Source: an uncultured Burkholderiales bacterium (GTDB lineage Bacteria > Pseudomonadota > Gammaproteobacteria > Burkholderiales > SG8-41). Taken from it: a DNA stretch of 37,480 nucleotides. The notes under the pieces are model-generated. The model worked only from the letters and a program-made list of their open reading frames with translations, did no database searches and was not told the DNA's origin. Where the stretch lies: positions 1-37,480 of the forward strand of contig CAWUUY010000369.1 in NCBI GenBank assembly GCA_963924885.1, written 5' to 3'. A program made the translations under genes and the position numbers. This document shows, piece by piece, positions 21,067 through 31,883 of the stretch (its first letter is position 1; each line of letters opens with the position of its first letter).

Positions 21067-21082
21067 TGTTCCACGTGAAACA
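21067..21082. other. parS centromere-like site 2
   Basis: TGTTCCACGTGAAACA is, from memory, identical to the canonical B. subtilis-type parS. It lies 22 nt after site 1. Confidence 0.85.
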
Positions 21083-21091
21083 TCTGGCGGA

Positions 21092-22426
21092 TTACTTGCC
21101 GATACAAAAGCGAGAGAAAACCTCGCCCAGCACGTCATCCGCCGTGACTTGCCCGGTAATACTCATGAGCGCCTCGTGGGCTGAGCGCAATTCTTCGGCG
21201 AATAGTTCTTGCCGGCTGATAACACCCCTCGCCCGCTCAAGCCCGGCTAACGCCTTGCGCATGGCTTGCAAGTGGCGCTCGCGGGCCATAAACGCCCCTT
21301 CTGTCTCGCCACGCCACCCTATAGTTTCGGCAAGCGCGCTTAACAGCAGATCCACGCCCTCCCCCGTCTTAGCGGACAAGGTGATATCCGTCCCGTCCCG
21401 CGCTGCCGGCTGCTTCGCTAAATCCGCCTTGTTAAATACGCGCAGACAACGCAACCGGGCCGGCAACCGGCTCAGAATCTCGATGTCTTCGGCGGCTTGA
21501 CCTTTGGTAGCGTCCATCACCATCAAGACCAAATCCGCCTTTTCGATGGCACCCCAAGTACGTGAAATGCCGATGCGCTCGACCGGTTCGCTCGATTCCC
21601 GCAATCCCGCAGTATCGACGATGTGCAGCGGCACCCCAGCCAAATTGATGGTCTGGCGCACCGCATCCCGCGTGGTGCCAGGGATTTCGGTGACGATGGC
21701 GATCTCTTCCCCTGCCAGCCGGTTCATCAGGCTGGACTTGCCAACGTTCGGTTGGCCCGCCAATACCACCAGCGCGCCTTCCCGTAACAGGCTGCCTTGT
21801 CCCGACGCCGCCAACAGGCTTTCCAATTGGGCAACCACCGCGCCCAACCGCGCGCCTTGATCCTGGCGGGTCGGGGTATCGATTTCCTCCTCGGGGAAAT
21901 CCAGGGTCGCTTCGGTCAACGCTCGGAGTTCCAATATCCCGTTATCGACACCCTGTATTTGCTGCGAGTAATGGCCATCCATCGATCGCAGGGCGCAACG
22001 CGCAGCCTGCTCGGTCGCGGCATCTATCAAGTCCGCCACGCCTTCGGCCTGCGCCAGATCCATCTTGCCGTTCAGGTACGCCCGCTGGGTGAATTCCCCT
22101 GGCCCGGCCAGACGCGCGCCCAATTCGAGGCAGCGTTGCAGCACCCGATTCAATACCACCGGCCCGCCATGCCCCTGCAACTCCAGCACGTCTTCCCCGG
22201 TATAAGACGTGGGTCCCACAAAGTAGAGGGCCAAGCCTTCGTCGATCACACTGCCCGTGCCGTCAGAAAATCGTGCCAGGGCGGCAACTCGTGGTTGCAG
22301 AGTTATTCCCGTGATGTCTCGCACGAAAGCGCCCAACGACTTGCCGGAGATACGGACTACGCCGATGCCGGCGCGACCGGGCGCCGTGGCTATGGCGGCG
22401 ATAGTGTCGTGACCGGACACGACCAT
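21092..22426 (-). CDS. mnmE: tRNA modification GTPase MnmE (TrmE)
   Basis: 444 aa with the G1 motif GQPNVGKSSL, DTAGLR, and the C-terminal FCIGK. Confidence 0.96.
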   Translation of the reverse strand: MVVSGHDTIAAIATAPGRAGIGVVRISGKSLGAFVRDITGITLQPRVAALARFSDGTGSVIDEGLALYFVGPTSYTGEDVLELQGHGGPVVLNRVLQRCLELGARLAGPGEFTQRAYLNGKMDLAQAEGVADLIDAATEQAARCALRSMDGHYSQQIQGVDNGILELRALTEATLDFPEEEIDTPTRQDQGARLGAVVAQLESLLAASGQGSLLREGALVVLAGQPNVGKSSLMNRLAGEEIAIVTEIPGTTRDAVRQTINLAGVPLHIVDTAGLRESSEPVERIGISRTWGAIEKADLVLMVMDATKGQAAEDIEILSRLPARLRCLRVFNKADLAKQPAARDGTDITLSAKTGEGVDLLLSALAETIGWRGETEGAFMARERHLQAMRKALAGLERARGVISRQELFAEELRSAHEALMSITGQVTADDVLGEVFSRFCIGK

Positions 22427-22436
22427 GGCAACGCGG

Positions 22437-24134
22437 TTAGGTCTTCGCGCCGGACTTTTGACTGGCTAGTTCCAGCGCGCGATTGATATGCCACTGCTGC
22501 GCGATGGACAGTATGTTGTTCACCAGCCAGTACAACACGAGACCGGCGGGAAAGAAAAAGAAAAACACGCTGAACGCAATAGGCATGATTTTCATCACTT
22601 TCGCCTGCACAGGATCCGGTGGCACTGGATTCAACCGCGTCTGAATAATCATCGACGCGCCCATCAGCAACGGCAGAATGTACCAGGGATCAATCGCCGA
22701 CAAATCGGTAATCCAGCCATAGAACGGCGCGTGACGCAGCTCGACCGACGCCAGAATAACCCAATAAAGTGCAATAAAAACAGGCATTTGCACCAAAATA
22801 GGCAGACAACCCGCCATCGGATTGACCTTCTCCTTCTGGTACAACTCCATCATCGCTTTTTGCAAGCGTTGACGGTCATCGCCATAACGCTCCTTCAACT
22901 GCTGCATCTTCGGCGCGATAATTTTCATCTTCGCCATCGCGCGATAACTGGCTTCCTGCAAAGGATAAAAAATCAGCTTCACCAGCACGGTTAACAAGAT
23001 GATCGCGATGCCCCAGTTACCCACCAGGCCATGGATCCAGTTCAGCACCACGAACAACGGCACGGCAATCACCGTGAGTATCCCGTAGTCCACCACCAGG
23101 TCGAGTCCCTGCGCGAGTATTTCCAGCGTCGCGGTGTCTTGCGGGCCTGCATACAGGGGCACGCTGATCACCCCTTTTTGACCTGCCGCCACAGTGCCGC
23201 CCACGACTTTCACGCCCGCCGCATACAAACCGCTATCCAGTTTGCTGGTATAAAACTCGCGTTGCGTTTTTTCAGTGGGCAAAAACGCACTGAGAAAATA
23301 ATGCTGTACGACCGCTACCCAACCCTCGTCCTGCAGGCTCTTGCTGTACGGCGTCTTGCTCTTATCTATATCGTCAAACGATACTTTTTGAAATTTTTCG
23401 CCCTTGGTGTACACCGCCGCCCCGGTGTAGGTCGGCAGCATCGCCGAATCACCATCGGGCGGTTTACGGTCACGCACCAACTGAAAGTAGCCGTACGGTT
23501 GCAGCGCTTTATCAGTCCCATTGGTGACTTCATACGATACATCCACCACATACTTTCCGCGCGTAAACTTGTAGACCTGTTCCGCCTTCAAGCCATTGGC
23601 CTCTGGAGCGGTCAAACGTACTTCCAGCGTATTGACGCCATTGGCCAACTGATATTCACGAGCTGTGGTGGTATAGATCGTATGATGATTGGGCAAACCT
23701 TCCGCCCCGATCAGACCAGATTGCGCGATATACGTGTTATCGACATTGCTCTGGAACAGCACAAAGTTCTTGCTCTTGTCGAGCGTGCCTTTGTGCTCTT
23801 TGAATTCCAGGCGGCGGATATCCCCGCCCTTGGTGCTGATTTCCGCGCGCAGCAGGTCTGTTTCGACCTTGATGATCTGACCGCCCGCGCCGAGCGCCGA
23901 GGACGGTACAGCCCCGGCCACTAGTGGTGCGTCAGGCGTGCCGGCGGGCGCCGCGCTGGTTGCGGTTGGGGCCGGCGGCACTGGAATACTGCCCGCATCA
24001 GATTTCGCATCAGCCTTTTTGACCGCAGTCTGGGTCGTCGGCACTTGCGCCTTTTGATCCCGCTGCCACGTATCCACCAGCATAAAGGTGGAAAACGTGA
24101 ACACGAAAAACAGTATCAGGCGTTGAGTATCCAT
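22437..24134 (-). CDS. yidC: membrane protein insertase YidC
   Basis: 565 aa with an N-terminal TM helix, a large periplasmic domain, and a conserved C-terminal 5-TM core (GCLPILVQMPVFIALYW). Confidence 0.96.
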   Translation of the reverse strand: MDTQRLILFFVFTFSTFMLVDTWQRDQKAQVPTTQTAVKKADAKSDAGSIPVPPAPTATSAAPAGTPDAPLVAGAVPSSALGAGGQIIKVETDLLRAEISTKGGDIRRLEFKEHKGTLDKSKNFVLFQSNVDNTYIAQSGLIGAEGLPNHHTIYTTTAREYQLANGVNTLEVRLTAPEANGLKAEQVYKFTRGKYVVDVSYEVTNGTDKALQPYGYFQLVRDRKPPDGDSAMLPTYTGAAVYTKGEKFQKVSFDDIDKSKTPYSKSLQDEGWVAVVQHYFLSAFLPTEKTQREFYTSKLDSGLYAAGVKVVGGTVAAGQKGVISVPLYAGPQDTATLEILAQGLDLVVDYGILTVIAVPLFVVLNWIHGLVGNWGIAIILLTVLVKLIFYPLQEASYRAMAKMKIIAPKMQQLKERYGDDRQRLQKAMMELYQKEKVNPMAGCLPILVQMPVFIALYWVILASVELRHAPFYGWITDLSAIDPWYILPLLMGASMIIQTRLNPVPPDPVQAKVMKIMPIAFSVFFFFFPAGLVLYWLVNNILSIAQQWHINRALELASQKSGAKT

Positions 24135-24161
24135 TGCGACGGTCTTATACAGTTTCGGGGT

Positions 24162-24581
24162 TCAAGTCTGGGGTGAAGTGCTGTTTATTGGTATCACGGA
24201 CGCCACAGTACCAAAGCGTGCAGCCACGTCGTGCAAAAGACGATCCAGTTCAATGCGTATCAGTGGATTGCTCATTTTGCGTAGATTATTCTTTTGCTGA
24301 AACACGATATCCACCGCGGGTAAATCGGGTCGCGCGGCCCTGAAAGCTTCCCGAGTCAGCCGCTTGCCCCTATTGCGGTCCACCGATCTTGGCGCGGCCT
24401 TGCGGCTTGCTATCAATCCCAGTCTTGCGGCCGGCCTTGAATTGACCAAAGCGCGCACAAGAAAATTCCGGCTGGACATGCGGCACTCTGCCGCCAGTGC
24501 GGCACGGTACTCGTCCGGCCTCGTTAGCTTATTCGGATTATCCGTCGACCCGCGCTCTGCGGTTCCTTCTAGCCGGGCCAT
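24162..24581 (-). CDS. rnpA: ribonuclease P protein component
   Basis: 139 aa with the RNR motif (SVDRNRGKRLTREAFR), located directly downstream of rpmH. The start position is approximate. Confidence 0.88.
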   Translation of the reverse strand: MARLEGTAERGSTDNPNKLTRPDEYRAALAAECRMSSRNFLVRALVNSRPAARLGLIASRKAAPRSVDRNRGKRLTREAFRAARPDLPAVDIVFQQKNNLRKMSNPLIRIELDRLLHDVAARFGTVASVIPINSTSPQT

Positions 24582-24589
24582 TCGACAAG

Positions 24590-24617
24590 TAAATTATTGA
24601 TTAAAATCAATAATTTA
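24590..24617. repeat. near-perfect AT-only palindrome between rpmH and rnpA
   Basis: TAAATTATTGATT-AA-AATCAATAATTTA has 13-nt arms and a 2-nt spacer. It lies 9 nt upstream of the rnpA start and 35 nt after the rpmH stop. Confidence 0.8.
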
Positions 24618-24651
24618 TTGTTTTTGCTTGGACCACCCACCCAGCCCATGA

Positions 24652-24786
24652 CTACGCCGACAGTACGGCGCGGCCCTTGGCCCTGCGAGCGCGGATCACC
24701 GCACGCCCACCACGGGTTTTCATACGGGCGCGAAAACCGTGAGTACGAGCACGGCTTATTTTAGACGGCTGAAAAGTTCTTTTCAT
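24652..24786 (-). CDS. rpmH: 50S ribosomal protein L34
   Basis: The manual translation is [44 protein letters not shown] (44 aa). It is below the size cutoff of the ORF track. Confidence 0.97.
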   Translation of the reverse strand: MKRTFQPSKISRARTHGFRARMKTRGGRAVIRARRAKGRAVLSA

Positions 24787-24853
24787 GACAGTATTTCCTG
24801 AACAGAGAGCGGCACAGAACCAGAACAGAGTTTTGTACCCGGATTAACCTGCT

Positions 24854-24883
24854 ATTACATCGCGTTTAGGGGTGGTTTGTCAA
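24854..24883 (-). promoter_or_regulatory. sigma70-type promoter for rpmH-rnpA
   Basis: On the minus strand, TTGACA (24883-24878), an 18-nt spacer, then TGTAAT (24859-24854), about 70 nt upstream of the rpmH ATG. Confidence 0.5.
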
Positions 24884-24960
24884 TAACCTCCAGAGCTTTC
24901 CGTAACGCCATCGGCTCGCCAATTTAACGCACCATCCCTTTTGTCTACAGACTCCGCGGT

Positions 24961-24969
24961 TGTGGATAA
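24961..24969 (-). promoter_or_regulatory. DnaA box (perfect)
   Basis: TGTGGATAA on the plus strand is TTATCCACA on the minus strand. It lies in the rpmH-dnaA divergent region. Confidence 0.75.
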
Positions 24970-24991
24970 CTCGCTCCAAAGCACGTAAAAT
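24963..24991 (+). promoter_or_regulatory. candidate dnaA promoter whose -35 overlaps the DnaA box
   Basis: TGGATA (24963-24968), a 17-nt spacer, then TAAAAT (24986-24991), about 120 nt upstream of the dnaA ATG. Confidence 0.4.
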
Positions 24992-25109
24992 CATTGATGC
25001 TATACGCTTCGGTGCTGAAGAAAGATTCATATCTATATCTACATGCATCTACATGCCCGAGCCTCTGGCCTAACCTTCTTCGCCTGCCGACCCTAGAGAA
25101 ATCCACGCC

Positions 25110-26465
25110 ATGAACACATTTTGGAGCCTTTGTCTTTCGCAGTTTGAGAAAGATTTGACGGCCCAACAGTTCATCACCTGGATAAAACCGTTAACCGTGA
25201 CGCAATCCGGCAGCGCTGGCTACACCGTGATCGCGCCCAACCGCTTTGTGCAGCAATGGGTGCGCGACAAATTTCTGCCGCGCATACAATCGCTCGCGCA
25301 GGAACATCACGACACCCTTGTAACCATCGAGTTGGTGTTGGCCGACAAAGAGCCGGTTCGTCACCCTTCCTCTACCCTGGCAGCAAGTAGTTTGCCCGTG
25401 GCGGACGATAAGGTCAGAGCGCCGTCTGTTTCGCTGCCGAGAGACCTATCGCGGCTCAATCCGGCCTTTACCTTTGACACGTTTGTCACCGGCAAAGCCA
25501 ACGAACTCGCCCGCGCCGCCGCGACGCAAGTCGCTGACAAGGCGGGTACCGCCTACAACCCCTTGTTTATCTACGGCGGTGTCGGCCTGGGCAAGACCCA
25601 CCTTGCGCACGCCATCGGCAATTGTTTCCGCTCGCATATGCCTAAAGGCAAGGTACGCTACATCCACGCCGAACAATATGTATCGGACGTGGTGCGCGCC
25701 TATCAGCACAAGGCGTTTGACGATTTCAAACGCTACTACCACTCCCTGGACGTGCTGCTGATCGACGACATACAATTTTTCAATGGCAAGAGTCGTACGC
25801 AGGAAGAGTTTTTCTATGCATTCAACGCACTCATCGAGTCACATAAACAGGTAGTGATCACTTGCGATACCTATCCCAAGGAAATCGCGGGAATTGAAAA
25901 TCGACTGATTTCCCGCTTCGGTTGGGGACTCACCGTAGCGGTCGAACCACCCGAACTGGAAATGCGGGTCGCCATACTGATCAAGAAAGCCGCGCAAGAA
26001 AGCATTACGCTGTCGGAAGATGTCGCGTTTTTCCTTGCACGGCACATACAATCAAACGTTCGCGAACTTGAAGGCGGTTTGAAGCGCATCCTGGCATACG
26101 CCCGATTCACCGGACACGATATTTCTGTAGATCTATGCCGCGAGGCATTACGTGACCTGCTAGCAGTCCAAAATCGACAGATTTCCATCGAAAATATTCA
26201 GAAGACCGTCGCCGATTACTACAAGATCAAGGTTTCGGAGATGTACTCCAAGAAACGCACACGCAATGTTGCCCGACCCAGGCAGGTTGCCATGGCGCTG
26301 GCAAAAGAACTGACTCAACTTAGTCTCCCGGACATAGGCGACGCATTTGGCGGGCGCGACCACACCACCGTCCTTCACGCTTGTCGCAAGATCACGGATC
26401 TTAAAACCGTCAATGGCGACATAAGCCGTGATATCACCTCGCTGCTGAAAGTTCTCCGCTGTTAA
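25110..26465 (+). CDS. dnaA: chromosomal replication initiator protein DnaA
   Basis: 451 aa with the N-terminal [25 protein letters not shown], the AAA+ Walker [11 protein letters not shown], and the C-terminal DNA-binding signature [11 protein letters not shown]. Confidence 0.98.
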   Translation: MNTFWSLCLSQFEKDLTAQQFITWIKPLTVTQSGSAGYTVIAPNRFVQQWVRDKFLPRIQSLAQEHHDTLVTIELVLADKEPVRHPSSTLAASSLPVADDKVRAPSVSLPRDLSRLNPAFTFDTFVTGKANELARAAATQVADKAGTAYNPLFIYGGVGLGKTHLAHAIGNCFRSHMPKGKVRYIHAEQYVSDVVRAYQHKAFDDFKRYYHSLDVLLIDDIQFFNGKSRTQEEFFYAFNALIESHKQVVITCDTYPKEIAGIENRLISRFGWGLTVAVEPPELEMRVAILIKKAAQESITLSEDVAFFLARHIQSNVRELEGGLKRILAYARFTGHDISVDLCREALRDLLAVQNRQISIENIQKTVADYYKIKVSEMYSKKRTRNVARPRQVAMALAKELTQLSLPDIGDAFGGRDHTTVLHACRKITDLKTVNGDISRDITSLLKVLRC

Positions 26466-26491
26466 ACCCTGCGGATACTCTAAGGACACTT

Positions 26492-26500
26492 TGGGGATAA
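26492..26500 (-). promoter_or_regulatory. DnaA box-like 9-mer (1 mismatch)
   Basis: TGGGGATAA versus the consensus TGTGGATAA. It lies in the dnaA-dnaN intergenic region. Confidence 0.4.
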
Positions 26501-26614
26501 CTGCCTTTATCACACATCACTGAAAATTCATGAACAATCGACTCACCGGCTCTCGCCGAGTTATCCCTAACGGTTACGATGAACTAACCGCATGAATGAA
26601 AAGGCTTTTAAGAG

Positions 26615-26623
26615 TTATCCACA
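26615..26623 (+). promoter_or_regulatory. DnaA box (perfect)
   Basis: TTATCCACA, 52 nt upstream of the dnaN ATG and immediately followed by an A/T-rich stretch. Confidence 0.7.
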
Positions 26624-26674
26624 GCAACAAGCCACCCTTATTAGTTATTATTAGTTTTTATATAGAGTACAGAC

Positions 26675-30245
<3,571 letters not shown>

Positions 30246-30271
30246 TCCCGCGCGCCCCGGCTGGTGGGGAT

Positions 30272-30298
30272 CGCATCATGCGTGTTACGCGTGATGCG
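30272..30298. repeat. 11-bp inverted repeat at the convergent gyrB/VOC gene ends (possible terminator structure without a T-tract)
   Basis: CGCATCATGCG-tgtta-CGCGTGATGCG has one G-U pair. The loop contains the stop codon of the minus-strand VOC gene. No U-run follows on either strand. Confidence 0.35.
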
Positions 30299-30710
30299 GT
30301 TCCGCCGGCAGTTCCGCCAGTTCGATCAAACAGCCTTCCGTTCCCGCCGGGTCCAGAAACGCGATGCGGCTATTGGCGTGGCCAGGGCGCGGCACCTGAT
30401 CGAGCAACGGCACGCCCTTGGCCTTGAGTTCCGCCAGGGCTTCGTCAATGTTCTCGACTTCAAAACAAATGTGATTGATGCCGCCCTTGCCCTCGGCAAT
30501 CATCTTCTGGTGTTTGCTGTCGGGCGTGGTGCCAGCAATCAGCTCCACCATCGATTCGCCCACCGGGTAGAGCGCGAGTTTCACCGGCCGCACCGGATTG
30601 GTTTCAACCCCGCCGAGCTTGATGCCGAAGCAGTCTTCCCATAAGGCGCGGCTTTTTTCCACATCCTTCACCAGTACACCCACGTGTTCGATACGCTTGA
30701 TCTTCATCAT
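30285..30710 (-). CDS. VOC (glyoxalase/bleomycin-resistance fold) family protein, methylmalonyl-CoA epimerase-like
   Basis: 141 aa with the typical epimerase/VOC pattern IEHVGVLVKDVEKSRALW...VELIAG...GGINHICFEVENIDEALAELKAKGV...IAFLDP...CLIELAE. Confidence 0.8.
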   Translation of the reverse strand: MMKIKRIEHVGVLVKDVEKSRALWEDCFGIKLGGVETNPVRPVKLALYPVGESMVELIAGTTPDSKHQKMIAEGKGGINHICFEVENIDEALAELKAKGVPLLDQVPRPGHANSRIAFLDPAGTEGCLIELAELPAEPHHA

Positions 30711-30728
30711 GACCCCCGTTGGTTTAAT

Positions 30729-30756
30729 GTAAGTATTTGTTTTAAAATATTAATTT
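30729..30756 (-). repeat. AT-rich 28-nt element, copy E (intergenic, between the OCD-family and VOC genes)
   Basis: The minus strand reads AAATTAATATTTTAAAACAAATACTTAC. The plus-strand 14-mer TAAGTATTTGTTTT is identical to the one in copy D. Confidence 0.7.
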
Positions 30757-31847
30757 CTAATGTCCTGCAAAAACCATTCGGTCGGCAATTCGCGTCCCAG
30801 GCCCGCAGCCTTGGCCTTGCGATAGACCAAGGCGCCGACCGACGAAAACTGCACGCCCCAGTTGCCGATGGTGCGGTAATGCGTGATCTGATCGCGAGAG
30901 GTGCGCCCCGGTTTTTTGCCCGACAGAATATCGGTGTAGACCGGCCACTCGTCAAGTTTGAGATTTATGGTCGCGCGCGGCAGGCGTTTTTGCTGTTCCT
31001 CTGTGCCCATCACAAATGCGCCGAGACTGCCGCCGATGCCCTTGCGAAACATGTCGCTCTCGGGAATCGGCAAACCCTCCTTGCCCTGCTGCACTTTTAC
31101 GTCAAAGCGTGCGGCCACGTCCGCGGATATTTCATGCGGGCCTAAGTTCACCACATGCATGCCCGGCTCCAGCCAATCTGGGTCGATGGTGGGCTTGATG
31201 CTGTCGGTGCAGGTGGACAATATATCCACGCCGCGCACAGCCTCGCGCGCGGACGCCACCGGCACGACCTCGAGACCAAGCAGCTTCGACATTTCCGCCG
31301 CGTATTTTTCGCGGTTGGCTGGCGTGCGGCTGAATACTTTTACCTTGGTGAGTTTACGCACCGCCGCGTAAGCCTCCAGAAACGTGCGCGCCATGCCACC
31401 TGAGCCGATCATCCCCACGACACCCGCGTCTTCGCGCGCCAGCAGGCGCGTGCCGATGCCGGCGGCCCCGCCCACGCGCATGTGCTGCAAATGCCCGTCG
31501 TTCAAAATCGCCAGCGGCTCGCCGTTGCCGGTACTGTACAAAAACACCAATCCGCAAAACGTGCCTGGTTGCATGCAGAATTTATTCTCCGAGGTGCTGC
31601 CGTCAGCACCTTTGGGCCAATGCACGATGTCCGACTTCAGCCGCACCGCCAGCACACCGTCGCTTGCGCCCTCCACCGAGCCGAAGCGGTAGTAGCCATC
31701 GTCGCGATCACACGGCACGTAGGTATCAATGCGCGGCCGGAAAATCGCTTTGCCTTGCAGCAGCCCGGCGAACGCGGCTTCCTGCGCCTCAATGCATTCC
31801 CGCATGGTGAGGGTTTGTGCGACAACCTCGTTGTTGATCATCAGCAT
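30750..31847 (-). CDS. ornithine cyclodeaminase / mu-crystallin family protein
   Basis: 365 aa with the Rossmann motif VVGMIGSGGMARTFLEAY and the overall OCD-family layout. A GGGGAG RBS lies upstream. Confidence 0.8.
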   Translation of the reverse strand: MLMINNEVVAQTLTMRECIEAQEAAFAGLLQGKAIFRPRIDTYVPCDRDDGYYRFGSVEGASDGVLAVRLKSDIVHWPKGADGSTSENKFCMQPGTFCGLVFLYSTGNGEPLAILNDGHLQHMRVGGAAGIGTRLLAREDAGVVGMIGSGGMARTFLEAYAAVRKLTKVKVFSRTPANREKYAAEMSKLLGLEVVPVASAREAVRGVDILSTCTDSIKPTIDPDWLEPGMHVVNLGPHEISADVAARFDVKVQQGKEGLPIPESDMFRKGIGGSLGAFVMGTEEQQKRLPRATINLKLDEWPVYTDILSGKKPGRTSRDQITHYRTIGNWGVQFSSVGALVYRKAKAAGLGRELPTEWFLQDIRN

Positions 31848-31883
31848 AACAACTCCCCAGCCACCACGGGCTTCACGAAAAAC

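Noticed and set aside
21066-21500. A 144-aa plus-strand ORF starting MFHVKHLADY.
   Set aside because: MFHVKH is the well-known translation of a parS site (TGTTCCACGTGAAACA). The rest is antisense to mnmE.
22772-22782. An exact CAATAAAAACA core of the A/T element inside yidC.
   Set aside because: Only the core matches (about 20/28 overall). It encodes the conserved YidC peptide PVFIALYW on the opposite strand, so protein constraint explains it. It is not counted as a family member.
24134-24343. A 69-aa plus-strand ORF in the rnpA/yidC junction, where yidD would be expected.
   Set aside because: It is on the wrong strand for the operon, is antisense to the rnpA 3' end, and has no YidD motifs.
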